DNA of 64,000 bases from Chloroflexota bacterium (GTDB lineage: Bacteria > Chloroflexota > UBA4733): assembly GCA_023381555.1 (NCBI GenBank), contig JAMCRV010000114.1:2899-66898 (forward strand). The letters are read 5' to 3'. The position numbers and the translations under genes were made by a program. The notes under the pieces are model-generated. The model made no database searches and had not been told where the DNA came from. It worked only from the letters and a program-made list of their open reading frames with translations. This document shows positions 17,949-28,393 of this stretch, one piece after another (position 1 is the stretch's first letter; each line of letters opens with the position of its first letter).

Positions 17949-19909
17949 GCGATCGTGATGGCTCGAGAGATGACGCCTGGCACCAAGTCTTGACAGTGAC
18001 GAGAGGTTTGATGATGGACACAGAACTACGCGGGGCGAGCACGCCTGATGTGGAGCGGTTGTTGACAGCGCTTGCAGACCAAGACTTCCTCGGCCAGCTC
18101 CTGGAGCGCAGGGGGCGTGCACGTGAGCTTGCACTGGAAGGAGGCGACGTCAAGCTCGATTGGGTCGATGGAGTTGAGCACGCTCTCAATCATTCGGAAT
18201 GGCTCGAAGCGCTTGCTGACGAGGCCGTGAGTCTCCTGGAGCGCGGTATCCGTCGCGTCATCTGGTCGGGCATGGGCGGCTCCGTCCAGACGGTCTACAC
18301 ACTCCAGCGTTTAGGTCTGCTTGACTCACCTGGCTTGAGTATTCGTCCGCTCGACAGCACAGACCCAGCCGCACTTAACCGCCTCCTCTGCGAGCTGGCT
18401 CAGCGAGAGCACCTGCACCGTGAGGATCGAGAGTTGCCTGCAGCGGCGGTACGCGAGCTCCTGAGTGACACCGCCATGATCGGCGTGAGCATGGGGATGA
18501 CGAGTGAAGAGCCCATCACACATCTCACGTGGTTTGATGAACTCTTGGTGGAGCACCGCATCCCGAATCCACAGGAGCACATCGAGGTGATGACACTTCC
18601 AGGATCATTTCTCGATGCCTTCGCAGAACGGAGAGGCGCCCGGCGCGTACCGATTCAGCTCGATGGAGCAAATCACACCGCTGGACGTATGAGCGCGCCA
18701 GCAACGCGCGTCTTCCTGCGACCAGCAGCATTGATGTTTGCTGCTCAGGGACTGAACCGCACCGAGGTCACAGAGTATCTGCGCACGCTGCTGCGGGAGT
18801 GTCAAAGTTCCTACGGTGTGTCGTATGCCACCACTGCGACAGAGCGGTATGCTCTTACCCTGGCGCATCCCTATCTTCGCCTAGGAGCATTCGTTGCCAG
18901 CGAGGCGAAGGCGCGCCGCAGAAACAAGACTGTGCTCATCTGTCCACCGGCGTGGCGTGGGGTAGCTCCCTGGATCGAGCAGCTCGTCGAGGAGAGCTTG
19001 GGTAAGAACGGCAAGGGCTGGCTCGTCTTCTACGACCAGTCCATCAAAGCACTCGCCAGTCGTGACGACTGCATCTTCCTAGACCTTGCGGCCGGGGGAG
19101 AGCCGGCACTATCGGTGGCAGAGCGAGAGGCGCTCGACGAGACGGAACGTCCGCTCTTGCAACTCGGATTTTCCGTGAATTCTCGTGGGTCCGGTGACCC
19201 GAAATTCGCCGCCGTCGCGGGATTGTTCGCCAACTGGAAGCTTGCCGTGTGGGCTTTCGGTTACCTCCACGATATTGTGGTTGCTGGACAGCCTGGAGTG
19301 GAGGCCTACAAGGCCTATGCTCGAGAGCTCCGTGACGCCAGAACTCCAATCCCTTTCGACGTCGGGCCTGATGACGGTGGCAAGACCACCGTCGATGTTC
19401 GAGCGTTGGAAGACAGTGGAGCGTGGACTTCGCTGGAGGAGCAGCTGCGTCAGCGGTACCGCTCTGCAGCCGGTGATGCGCCTGCCACTCTAGCGGCAGC
19501 GCTTAGAGGCGCTCTGCGTTGTGGGATCCGTTATCTCGATCTCACCTTCAATGGCGAGATCACCGAAGATGTTCGAGGTGCGCTCGAAGAAGCTCGTCGC
19601 ACTATCGGGTTCCAGGCATTGCGACTACCCGTCAAGCTCCGTTGTGGCCCGAGCGACTATCATTCCACTGAGCAGAGTGAAATCGACGGACCCGCGGAGC
19701 TTCTCAGCGTGCGCATCGTGGCTCTGGAGCACGAAAAACCGATAGCAGGGGTGTACCCCGATCGCTTCTTGCTGGCTCAGGCCCGCGGAACTTGGCAAGC
19801 GATGTGGGATGCGCGGCGGCACGTCGTGATGGTCACGTTGCCCACGTATCGCTCTGCTGGTCAGGAACTGCATCGACTCTTTACAGCCGCGGCTATGCTG
19901 CTGGCATAA
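17936..19909 (+). CDS. large SIS/phosphoglucose-isomerase-like protein, function uncertain
   Basis: 657-aa ORF with good coding character. VIWSGMGGSVQT and IGVSMGMTSEEPITHL resemble the PGI/SIS GIGGS and SKSGtTxE motifs. The start is uncertain; an alternative MMDTEL lies near 18011. Confidence 0.45.
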   Translation: MALVSDRDGSRDDAWHQVLTVTRGLMMDTELRGASTPDVERLLTALADQDFLGQLLERRGRARELALEGGDVKLDWVDGVEHALNHSEWLEALADEAVSLLERGIRRVIWSGMGGSVQTVYTLQRLGLLDSPGLSIRPLDSTDPAALNRLLCELAQREHLHREDRELPAAAVRELLSDTAMIGVSMGMTSEEPITHLTWFDELLVEHRIPNPQEHIEVMTLPGSFLDAFAERRGARRVPIQLDGANHTAGRMSAPATRVFLRPAALMFAAQGLNRTEVTEYLRTLLRECQSSYGVSYATTATERYALTLAHPYLRLGAFVASEAKARRRNKTVLICPPAWRGVAPWIEQLVEESLGKNGKGWLVFYDQSIKALASRDDCIFLDLAAGGEPALSVAEREALDETERPLLQLGFSVNSRGSGDPKFAAVAGLFANWKLAVWAFGYLHDIVVAGQPGVEAYKAYARELRDARTPIPFDVGPDDGGKTTVDVRALEDSGAWTSLEEQLRQRYRSAAGDAPATLAAALRGALRCGIRYLDLTFNGEITEDVRGALEEARRTIGFQALRLPVKLRCGPSDYHSTEQSEIDGPAELLSVRIVALEHEKPIAGVYPDRFLLAQARGTWQAMWDARRHVVMVTLPTYRSAGQELHRLFTAAAMLLA

Positions 19910-20062
19910 GTATCCACGTCACGGAGCTCAAGCTCTCTGGAGTTCCAAATGATGACGGCGCCGGATCCAACACGGACCGGAAGGGACGCAAGCTCTTGGC
20001 GCGGCGCCCGTGCCATGGCGGTATTGACCAGCCCGGGCCACGTGCCCACTACCAAGAGATGC

Positions 20063-21178
20063 CTATCCGCTGAAGCGAAAATGGACGACATCGCCGTCCT
20101 GCATGATGTAATCACGGCCTTCAAGACGTACGAGCCCACGTGCCTGAGCTTCGGTCATTGATCCCGCAGCCATAAGGTCATCAAACGCGACGACTTCGGC
20201 TCGAATGAAGCCTCGCTGGATGTCCGAGTGTATCTTTCCAGCTGCTTCAGGAGCGGTCGCACCCTTCCGGACTGTCCAGGCGCGCACCTCCGGTTCACCG
20301 GCCGTCAAGAACGTGAGGAGGTTCAGCAGTTGGTAACCCGCTCGGATGACGGATCCCACGGTTGGTTGCGCGAGTCCCAGGCTCTTGAGATAGTCCGAAG
20401 CATCCGCGTCATCGAGCTGATTGAGCTGGAAGTCAAGGTCTGCGCTGACGACGACAGCCGAGGCGCCTTCCGCCTCGGCCGCAACCTTGACGGACCAGAC
20501 CATCTCGTCGTCCTTGGCGAACGCCGGACCGTATTTCGCCAGGTAGCCTTCGTTAACATTCGCTACGTATACCAGCGGCTTGGCTGTAAGAAGATTGAGC
20601 TCACGCAGAACAGCTGGCGACTCGGACCACTGGATTGAGCGTGCCGGTAGTCCCTCATTGAGCGTTTCCCGCAGGCGTTCGAGATCCTCGAGCTCCTGCT
20701 CAATCTTCGGGTCTCGCGACTTGGCTGCCTTCCGCGTTCGCTCGATCCGGCGATCAACTGCCTGCAGGTCGGCTACGGCCAGCTCGAGATTCAACGTTTC
20801 GATATCCCGCTGAGCATGCACACTACCGTCAACGTGCTCGACGTGATCGGCTTGGAAGCAGCGGATGACCATTGCCAGAGCATCGGCATCCCGCAGGTAA
20901 CCGAGGAATTGATTACCGAGCCCCTCCCCGGTGCTGGCGCCGCGCACCAGACCCGGGACATCAACGAACTCGACGTCGGTCGGTGTCACCTTCTTAGGGT
21001 GAAACATCTCAGCCAGACGGTCGAGTCGCTCGTCTGGCACCTGAACTACACCAATGTTACGCTCCCGCGTAGAAAATGCATAGGTCGCAACCTGCGCTTG
21101 CTCGCGCGTCATGGCGTTGAAGAGCGTCGTCTTACCCACGTTGGGCAATCCAACCAGTCCAACCTGTAACTGACTCAT
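20063..21178 (-). CDS. ychF: ribosome-binding ATPase YchF
   Basis: 371-aa ORF with GLVGLPNVGKTTLFNA, an Obg-like G domain, and a C-terminal TGS-like segment. Confidence 0.93.
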   Translation of the reverse strand: MSQLQVGLVGLPNVGKTTLFNAMTREQAQVATYAFSTRERNIGVVQVPDERLDRLAEMFHPKKVTPTDVEFVDVPGLVRGASTGEGLGNQFLGYLRDADALAMVIRCFQADHVEHVDGSVHAQRDIETLNLELAVADLQAVDRRIERTRKAAKSRDPKIEQELEDLERLRETLNEGLPARSIQWSESPAVLRELNLLTAKPLVYVANVNEGYLAKYGPAFAKDDEMVWSVKVAAEAEGASAVVVSADLDFQLNQLDDADASDYLKSLGLAQPTVGSVIRAGYQLLNLLTFLTAGEPEVRAWTVRKGATAPEAAGKIHSDIQRGFIRAEVVAFDDLMAAGSMTEAQARGLVRLEGRDYIMQDGDVVHFRFSG

Positions 21179-21296
21179 GTCTCGCTGTATTTTCTCGCTT
21201 CGAGTCTGTCATTATGCTTACCTTGGCAACCAGACAGTCTACCGGCTCACAGCTCTCTGAAAATCAGGAAGGCGCTCGATGTCGCTGTCAGCAGGC

Positions 21297-21425
21297 CTAA
21301 ATCAAACCAGAATGGCGTTGCGAAGGAGGTCCTCTCCCCCTCCCCCACAGCATCAAGCTTGGGGGAGGGGTGGCGAGCCTTGGCAAGCCGGGGTGAGGGC
21401 TTCGCCTTTCGCAACACCACCGTGG
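21297..21425. repeat. 129-nt palindromic intergenic element, copy 2
   Basis: Same flanks as copy 1 in the same orientation. The central 14 nt are reverse-complemented and there is a 10-nt insertion. It ends 8 nt from the ftsX stop. Confidence 0.85.
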
Positions 21426-21432
21426 CTTCACT

Positions 21433-22320
21433 TTAGCTCGTTGCAGGCTCCCAGAACCGGCGAACGGCGATGAGCGATCCGAGCACACCGACGCCGACAC
21501 CAATGAGTAGACCCAGGAGCAAGAGCTTCGGCAACAGCAGGGGATCTACCGGAAGAGACAAGAACGCAAACGATCCACGCAGTACTGGAATGAGGCTGTG
21601 GTAACCAGCGGCCACAATGAGGAACGACGAGAGAGAAGCGGCTGCCCCGCACAAGGCGCCCTCGAGCACGAATGGCCACCGAACAAACCACTCCGAGGCG
21701 CCTACGAGACGCATGACCTCGATCTCTGCGCGACGTGTGAAGATTGCCAGACGCGACACGTTCGTCATGATGAAGATGACCGCGACTGACAAGCCGATGA
21801 CCATCACGGCCCCGACAAGCCGGACAAATCGTCCAGCTGTCACGAGACGATTCACTACGTCCTCGTTGATTATGACATCGCTGATGCTGGGCTGAGCCTG
21901 TAAGGCCTTCCCCACATCGGTTGCCGCGGATGGGTGGACAAGGCGTACGTCGAGGCTGGCCGGCAACGGATTGTCTTTGATGGCACCGAGCAGCCCAGGG
22001 TGCGATGCGAACTGTTTCTGGAGGCGCTTCAATGCCTCGTCTTTGCTGATGTACGTGACCACAGCCACGTCTGGACGTGAGCGCATCTCACTCTCGAGAG
22101 CACTCAGTGCGGCGGGTGAAGTGCCGTCCTTGAGGTATGCGATAACGTTGACCCGTGACTGCAGCGCTTGTACACCGGCGTCGATGCTCACGACGATCAC
22201 AGCGATAGTGCTCAGCACAAGTAAGAGCACGGCTGTCGTGCCGATTGCTACACTTGTCATCAGCGCATTCCTACGCATCGTTTGCAGGGCGTACGTGCTA
22301 GCAAAGCGCAGCATGATCAC
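21433..22320 (-). CDS. ftsX: cell-division ABC transporter permease FtsX
   Basis: 295-aa ORF with the FtsX topology: TM1, a large extracytoplasmic loop, then three C-terminal TM segments. It overlaps the ftsE stop. Confidence 0.85.
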   Translation of the reverse strand: MIMLRFASTYALQTMRRNALMTSVAIGTTAVLLLVLSTIAVIVVSIDAGVQALQSRVNVIAYLKDGTSPAALSALESEMRSRPDVAVVTYISKDEALKRLQKQFASHPGLLGAIKDNPLPASLDVRLVHPSAATDVGKALQAQPSISDVIINEDVVNRLVTAGRFVRLVGAVMVIGLSVAVIFIMTNVSRLAIFTRRAEIEVMRLVGASEWFVRWPFVLEGALCGAAASLSSFLIVAAGYHSLIPVLRGSFAFLSLPVDPLLLPKLLLLGLLIGVGVGVLGSLIAVRRFWEPATS

Positions 22321-23105
22321 CTGCTCCCTTCTGGAAGTGTCAATGGTCTCCGGCCGTCCAGTGGCAGCGTTGACTCTCCGAGCGAGTCTCCAGTCGCGGC
22401 CAACGCGAGCGTATAGCCTCCGCTCTCTTCATCACGCACGAGCTTGCCTTGGTCTAACTGAAGCACACGGCGACGAAACTTGTCGACGAGATCGCGATTG
22501 TGTGTGGCGACGACAACCGTGGTCCCGAAGGTATTGATTTGATCTAGGAGCTCGGCAATAGCCAGCGCATTGTCGGGATCAAGATTTCCCGTGGGCTCAT
22601 CGGCGAGTAGCATATCTGGGCCGGTGACGAGCGCGCGGGCCACTGATACTCGTTGCTGCTCCCCACCCGAGAGAGTGGCAGGATAACGATCGGCCTGAGC
22701 GCGCAGGCCGACGAGTTCGAGTACAGCAATCGTCCGCTCGCGAATGGCGCGCGCGTCGTGAAAGCCGTGTACCCGAAGGGCGAAGGCGACGTTCTCGAAG
22801 GCGGTCAGTCGCGGGAGCAACTTGTAGTCCTGAAACACTACGCCAATTCTGCGACGGAACTGGGGAATCGCTCCCGGCTGGATACGGAGCAGGTTGTGGC
22901 CGGCCACGAAGATCCGGCCGGTTGTCACACGTTCGTCACGGAGCAAGAGCCGGAGGAGTGTTGACTTTCCAGACCCACTGGGACCTACGAGAAAGACAAA
23001 CTCCCCCGGGTTGATGGTGAGGCTTACGCTCTGCAGAGCGAGCACACCGTTCAGATAGCACTTACTAACGTTGTCGAGCCGGATGATGGGATCAAACGTA
23101 GTCAA
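22317..23105 (-). CDS. ftsE: cell-division ATP-binding protein FtsE
   Basis: 262 aa with Walker A GPSGSGKST, signature LSGGEQQR, and Walker B LLADEPTGNLD. It carries an approx. 35-aa C-terminal extension. Confidence 0.9.
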   Translation of the reverse strand: MTTFDPIIRLDNVSKCYLNGVLALQSVSLTINPGEFVFLVGPSGSGKSTLLRLLLRDERVTTGRIFVAGHNLLRIQPGAIPQFRRRIGVVFQDYKLLPRLTAFENVAFALRVHGFHDARAIRERTIAVLELVGLRAQADRYPATLSGGEQQRVSVARALVTGPDMLLADEPTGNLDPDNALAIAELLDQINTFGTTVVVATHNRDLVDKFRRRVLQLDQGKLVRDEESGGYTLALAATGDSLGESTLPLDGRRPLTLPEGSR

Positions 23106-24663
23106 GGGGATTCACCACGGTACCGTTGACACGGATCTCGAAGTGCACGTGAGGGCCGGTCGTGTTACCTGTCATGCCTACCCAGCCAATGGTCTGGCCC
23201 TGCTGTACGATCTGATTCGGGCGCACATTCACTGAAGACATATGAGCATAGAGCGTCGAATACGTTCCATTATGGGCGATGATGACGCAGATTCCATAGC
23301 CTCCGTAGAGCCATCCGGCGTGCAGGACGACTCCAGTCGCCGCTGCATGGATTGGCGTACCGTAGGGGACCGCGAGGTCGATGCCGTAGTGGAAGTGACG
23401 GTAGCCGAAGCCGGGTGGCTCGAACCAGTTGCTCGTAGGACCGAAACCCTGAGTGATGACAAAACCTTGCACTGGCCAGATGAAGTGGGGAGCACCACTT
23501 GCCTGGTATGAATGAACTTGAGAGCTCTGGGCCAGCCGGGCCGAAGCATCCGCCTGCAGTCGTTGGATCAGCGATTGAGCGGCAGCCTCGTCAGCAGCTG
23601 CCTGTTGCGCCTCTCGCTGAGCCTGAGCTTCTTGACTCTGCGCCTGGTTGAGTTTCTGCTGGATGGCCTGCCTTATCTGGAGCACTGTGTCTTGCTGTCC
23701 GACAATTGGAGCCATGGCGGTTGAGAGCTGGGTCCTGGTCGCTGCTATCTTCTGGTGCGTCGCGTCGATGCTGGCTTGCAAGGTCTTCTGCTGCTGGCTG
23801 AAGGTTTGTTGAGCGGTGGTGAGCTGCTGCTCGAGCTGCTGGATCAACTGCTGTTGATCCGATGCCTCGATCTCTGAGGCTTGACGATCGGCTTGGAGAG
23901 TATCTTGAAAGTTTTGCAGCGAAGCTTCCTGTTCCGAGAGCAACTGATGCTGGTGACTGGCAAGTGATCGTGTATTGCCCAGGTTCTGCAACGCTATCTG
24001 ATCGTGCTGAGTCAGTGTTCCGAGCATCGTCAGAGAGCTGAGTCCGTCGCTTAGGCTCTTGGCACTGAGAATGAGATCGAGCGCCGAGACCTGCGAAAGC
24101 TTGTACATCTGCACCAATGTTGCGTCGATCGCTTGAGAGCGAGTTTCGACCTCCTGGTCGAGCTGGTGGACTTGATCCTTCAGGGCGGAAGCATCCCGCT
24201 GGGTCGAGGCAATTTGAGTATCCAGAGTGCGAATCTGCGTGGCATTGCTCCGTAGCGCCGCAATTGCATCGTTCCGTTGCTGCTCAGCTTGAGCTTTCTG
24301 TGCACTGAACCGCTGCTGCTGCTGGGCGAGATCGCTCTTTGCGGCTTGAAGCTGCTGGAGAAGATCGTTCAGATTGGTGGTGAGTGCGCTCTCCTGGGCG
24401 CCAGCAGCGGCTTCCAAATTATTCGTGCGTTGTTGTAAGATCGCGAGGTCTGCGGAGTTCGTCTGCACCTGTAAGCGCAGAGCAGCAACCGCGTCGCGAG
24501 CTCGTGCTAACTGCTGTAGCGCTTGAGCCTTCCGTTCTGCGCTCTGTGCCAGCTGAGAGCGCGCGTTAGTCAGTTGATCTGCGCGAGTCGAGGGTGCGAT
24601 CCAAGCAAGCAATAGGAGAATCGGCACGAGAATAGCGAGACGCCAGCGGATGGAACGTTGCAC
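23092..24663 (-). CDS. coiled-coil M23 peptidase (EnvC/PcsB-like murein hydrolase or activator)
   Basis: 523 aa with a signal/anchor, an approx. 370-aa Gln/Ala-rich coiled coil, and a C-terminal M23 domain (HYGIDLAVPYGTPIHAAATGVV, TGPHVHFEI). Confidence 0.85.
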   Translation of the reverse strand: MQRSIRWRLAILVPILLLLAWIAPSTRADQLTNARSQLAQSAERKAQALQQLARARDAVAALRLQVQTNSADLAILQQRTNNLEAAAGAQESALTTNLNDLLQQLQAAKSDLAQQQQRFSAQKAQAEQQRNDAIAALRSNATQIRTLDTQIASTQRDASALKDQVHQLDQEVETRSQAIDATLVQMYKLSQVSALDLILSAKSLSDGLSSLTMLGTLTQHDQIALQNLGNTRSLASHQHQLLSEQEASLQNFQDTLQADRQASEIEASDQQQLIQQLEQQLTTAQQTFSQQQKTLQASIDATHQKIAATRTQLSTAMAPIVGQQDTVLQIRQAIQQKLNQAQSQEAQAQREAQQAAADEAAAQSLIQRLQADASARLAQSSQVHSYQASGAPHFIWPVQGFVITQGFGPTSNWFEPPGFGYRHFHYGIDLAVPYGTPIHAAATGVVLHAGWLYGGYGICVIIAHNGTYSTLYAHMSSVNVRPNQIVQQGQTIGWVGMTGNTTGPHVHFEIRVNGTVVNPLDYV

Positions 24664-24963
24664 GCTTCACGCACCTCCTCCCTTCTGCGAACCGGATCTC
24701 CATATTGAGCGTCTGCCGCTTGCACCCCGGTTCCGGCGCTTGCTATAGCCCGAGTGTAGAGAACTGGCTGGCACGGGTGGTGGACACAATGGGAAAAATG
24801 GCCTAGTGCAGTTGTCGATAGTCACAAAATCACAGCCCCGTTGGTACCTTGTGTCACCCTATGGGGCAGCTCTTGCAGGCCCGTATAAATTGCTGTCCGG
24901 CACGAACGGGTATGTCTGCTCGCTTCGTACAATGAGGCAGGCAAGGGTGAGAGATGGGCAGTG

Positions 24964-25764
24964 ATGACTGTCGTGATTGCTGTCGCGAATCAAAAGGGAG
25001 GCGTCGGTAAGACAACCACAGCAGTCAACCTGGCTGTTGCATTGGCGGAGTGTGGGCAGCGGATCTTACTCGTCGATGCCGATCCTCAGTCGAATACCTC
25101 CAGCATGTTTGGATCTGCCAAGCGCGGCGCTCTCTCGCTATACGACGGGATGATTCGAGGACTTCCAGCCAGCGCCCTCATACGCTCCCGGGTTCGGGAT
25201 GGAATCGATCTGCTTCCAAGTGCCGTCGACCTTGCAGCCGCGGAGTCTGAGCTCGCAACCTGGAGCAGCCGGGAGCGGGTGCTCGCGGTCCTGCTCGAGC
25301 CGGTTGTGTCTGACTACGATCTCGTGCTGGTCGATAGTCCGCCCTCACTTGGGCTTCTCATGATCAACATTCTCGTGGCGTCATCCGGGGTGCTCGTACC
25401 CATCCAGTGCGAATATCTGGCTCTAGAGGGCTTGTCTCTGCTCGTAGACACTGTACAGAGGGTACACCGGTCCTTCCGTCCGCAGCTACGGCTCTTTGGC
25501 ATCGTGCTCACGATGTTCGATGCAAGAACAAAGCTGTCGCGGGATGTTGAGCGAGAAGTTCGGAGGATCTACCCGCGTGAGACGTTCACTACGCTGATCC
25601 CACGATCCGTCAAGGTCGCGGAGGCGCCAAGCTTCAATCTCAGCGTCATCGAGCACGCACCAACGTCTGGCGCGACGTCAGCGTATCGTGAGTTATGTAA
25701 TGAGCTCGTGGGGCGGCTGGCAGACTTCTCCTCTGCCAGTCGCCCGAGAATTACGAGGTCTTGA
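24964..25764 (+). CDS. ParA/Soj-family ATPase
   Basis: Deviant Walker [13 protein letters not shown] and typical ParA body. No parB is adjacent. Confidence 0.88.
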   Translation: MTVVIAVANQKGGVGKTTTAVNLAVALAECGQRILLVDADPQSNTSSMFGSAKRGALSLYDGMIRGLPASALIRSRVRDGIDLLPSAVDLAAAESELATWSSRERVLAVLLEPVVSDYDLVLVDSPPSLGLLMINILVASSGVLVPIQCEYLALEGLSLLVDTVQRVHRSFRPQLRLFGIVLTMFDARTKLSRDVEREVRRIYPRETFTTLIPRSVKVAEAPSFNLSVIEHAPTSGATSAYRELCNELVGRLADFSSASRPRITRS

Positions 25765-25960
25765 TACGCCTTAGCACCGGCAGCCCTGATCCAACGCCCT
25801 CGTTGACCTCATAGCCGCTCGGCAAAGCTTCCAGTGCCTTGCCCTCCCTGGGCTCACGCGTGAAGAAATAGATTTGCTGATCCCTGCCATTCTTCAGGCG
25901 GACCACCTGCCCGTTGAGGTAGTAGGTGTCGCCCTTACTGTTCCTGTACAAATAGGCCAT
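25751..25960 (-). CDS. small hypothetical protein (69 aa)
   Basis: The ORF occupies an otherwise empty gap and has plausible codon usage. Its 3' end overlaps the parA 3' end by 14 nt. No recognisable motif. Confidence 0.35.
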   Translation of the reverse strand: MAYLYRNSKGDTYYLNGQVVRLKNGRDQQIYFFTREPREGKALEALPSGYEVNEGVGSGLPVLRRIKTS

Positions 25961-26177
25961 TGACTCCCTCCTCGACCGATCTGACTAGACGGACACTCGT
26001 AGTGACGAAATGGCAGCAGAGAAGCGGGAATCTAGGGAGGATGTCCTAGGACGCAATTCTTTGCTACGCTGGGACGCCACGGGGTAGGATGATTGCTGGG
26101 TGATGTGGGCAGAGTAGCCGCTCGCGTGTGAGCCGTTGGCGCCGCGCGCCGAGCCGAAGAGAGAACGTAGTGCTCAT

Positions 26178-27422
26178 ATGGCGCACGAAGTGTTGATGCC
26201 GCGACTCAGTGACACGATGGAAGAAGGCACTATTGCCCGTTGGGTCAAGCAGGTGGGGGATCGTGTTGAGAAGGGTGAGGTACTGGCCGAAGTCGAGACG
26301 GACAAGGCCAATATGGAGTGCATGTCATTCTTCTCCGGCGTGCTGTCTCGTATTGTTGCCCAAGAAGGGCAGACCGTGAAGATCGGCGATGTTATTGCGG
26401 TCATTGCCGGCGAGGGTGAGGAGGCAGCCACTGCTTCTCGCGCGCCACAGACTCAGGCAGCTTCTACACCGCAACCCTCCACTAGAACGGCACCAGAGGA
26501 GCCAGAACGGAGCCAGACAGGTCCATCGGTGCAACCGCACGACGAGAGTTCATCTGCCAGTTCGGGGACACGCTTGTTCGTGACTCCTTTGGCACGCCGT
26601 CTCGCCCAGGAGCGCCATATCGACCTCCGCCAGGTGAAGGGAAGTGGACCTGGAGGGCGGATCACTCGTGACGATGTCGATGCGTTTACACTCCCCAGTG
26701 CTGCCGCAGCCGCATCTGTGGAACCTACCAGTACCACTCTGCCTCGCATCAAGCAGCCCTCGCGCATGCAACAGATCATTGCGCGGAGAATGGTCGAGTC
26801 GAAGACTCAAGTGCCGCATTTCTATGTGCGCACGGAAGTGGACTTGGGGTCTTTTCTTGACCTGCGTGCTGCCTTGAACAAGGGTGTCGACAAAGACCAA
26901 CAAGTTCGTATCGACGCGATGCTCATTCGAGCTTGCGCGCTGGTCATCGCCAGGTTTCCGGAAGTGAACGCCAGCTACATCGATGGTCACTTCGAGTATC
27001 ACGAAGACATCAACGTCGGTTTCGCCGTATCGCTGCCTGAAGGCCTGGTCGTTCCTGTGGTGCGCCAGTGTGATCGAAAGGGGGTGCGCCAGATCGATCA
27101 AGAGATGCGCCCGCTCATTGAGCGTGCGCGAGCGCTGAAGAGCACCACAGCGGACCTCGAAGAGTGCACCTTCAGCATCTCGAACCTAGGCATGTACGGG
27201 GTAGAAGAGTTCAACGCGGTAGTAAATCCACCGAACGCTGCCATCCTCGCGGTTGGCGCAACGCAGACTGTGCCGGCTGTTGTCGATGGTGTAATTGCGA
27301 TTCGCCAGCGAGTAAAGCTGACGCTGTCCTGCGACCACCGGATTCTCTACGGCGCCCCAGCGGCGCAGTTCCTTCAAGAGCTCCAACGCATACTTGAGAA
27401 TCCTTACGAGATACTTCTCTAG
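26178..27422 (+). CDS. 2-oxoacid dehydrogenase E2 (dihydrolipoamide acyltransferase)
   Basis: Contains a lipoyl domain ([10 protein letters not shown]), an E3/E1-binding domain ([32 protein letters not shown]), and a catalytic domain with DHRILYG. Start at ATG 26178 ([17 protein letters not shown]). Confidence 0.88.
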   Translation: MAHEVLMPRLSDTMEEGTIARWVKQVGDRVEKGEVLAEVETDKANMECMSFFSGVLSRIVAQEGQTVKIGDVIAVIAGEGEEAATASRAPQTQAASTPQPSTRTAPEEPERSQTGPSVQPHDESSSASSGTRLFVTPLARRLAQERHIDLRQVKGSGPGGRITRDDVDAFTLPSAAAAASVEPTSTTLPRIKQPSRMQQIIARRMVESKTQVPHFYVRTEVDLGSFLDLRAALNKGVDKDQQVRIDAMLIRACALVIARFPEVNASYIDGHFEYHEDINVGFAVSLPEGLVVPVVRQCDRKGVRQIDQEMRPLIERARALKSTTADLEECTFSISNLGMYGVEEFNAVVNPPNAAILAVGATQTVPAVVDGVIAIRQRVKLTLSCDHRILYGAPAAQFLQELQRILENPYEILL

Positions 27423-27442
27423 GCATTGCCTACCACATTGGA

Positions 27443-28381
27443 GTGGAGAATCCGATGACGATTCGAATCAGCCCTGTTCCTACCGCTCCGGCTGATGGAA
27501 GCCAGCCAATCGACTTCCATGCACGCAAGCCACCCTGGCTCAAAGTTCCCCTTCCAGGAGGTTCCAACTACCAGGATGTGAAACAACTGCTGCGCACTTA
27601 CCAGCTGCACACTGTATGTGAAGAGGCGAATTGCCCAAACATCGGCGAATGCTTCGATCATCGAACAGCCACATTCATGATTCTCGGAGAGATCTGTACG
27701 CGCGCGTGCCGGTATTGTGCCGTCACCACTGGCCGCCCGCTTCCCGTGGATGAGGACGAGCCCCGCAGGGTCGCTGAAGCGGTCCACCTACTGGGGTTGC
27801 AGCACGCCGTGATCACCTCGGTCGATCGCGACGATCAGCATGATGGGGGAGCGCATAGCTTTGCAGAGACAATTCGCCAGATACGCCGCGTCTCACCGGG
27901 TACCACCGTCGAAGTGCTCATCCCTGATTTCCAAGGTAACTGGCAAGCCCTGGAAATGGTGATGGACGCGGGCCCCGAGATTCTCAACCACAACACGGAG
28001 ACAGTGCCGCGACTCTACCGAAAAGTGCGACCGAAAGCGAAATACGAGCAGTCGCTCGAGCTTCTCGAGCGGGCCGGACTCTTACGTTCGGAGAGCAAGG
28101 TCAAGTCAGGTCTGATGGTAGGTCTCGGCGAAGAATGGGACGAGCTCGTCCAGACCATGGCGGACATTCGAGCGGTGGGTACCCACATTCTCACATTGGG
28201 CCAGTACCTACGCCCATCGATGAAGCACGTACCCGTTGCACGCTACTACACACCGCAGGAGTTCGAGACTCTGAAGAAAATTGGACTCGATCTAGGATTC
28301 CGGCACGTGGAGTCGGGGCCACTTGTTCGCAGCTCGTACCATGCTCACGAGCAGGCGAGCCAAGTTGCAACTGCCAGCTGA
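27443..28381 (+). CDS. lipA: lipoyl synthase
   Basis: Radical-SAM CRYCAV motif plus the N-terminal [12 protein letters not shown] auxiliary cluster motif. Confidence 0.93.
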   Translation: MENPMTIRISPVPTAPADGSQPIDFHARKPPWLKVPLPGGSNYQDVKQLLRTYQLHTVCEEANCPNIGECFDHRTATFMILGEICTRACRYCAVTTGRPLPVDEDEPRRVAEAVHLLGLQHAVITSVDRDDQHDGGAHSFAETIRQIRRVSPGTTVEVLIPDFQGNWQALEMVMDAGPEILNHNTETVPRLYRKVRPKAKYEQSLELLERAGLLRSESKVKSGLMVGLGEEWDELVQTMADIRAVGTHILTLGQYLRPSMKHVPVARYYTPQEFETLKKIGLDLGFRHVESGPLVRSSYHAHEQASQVATAS

Positions 28382-28393
28382 CGCGGAACGACC

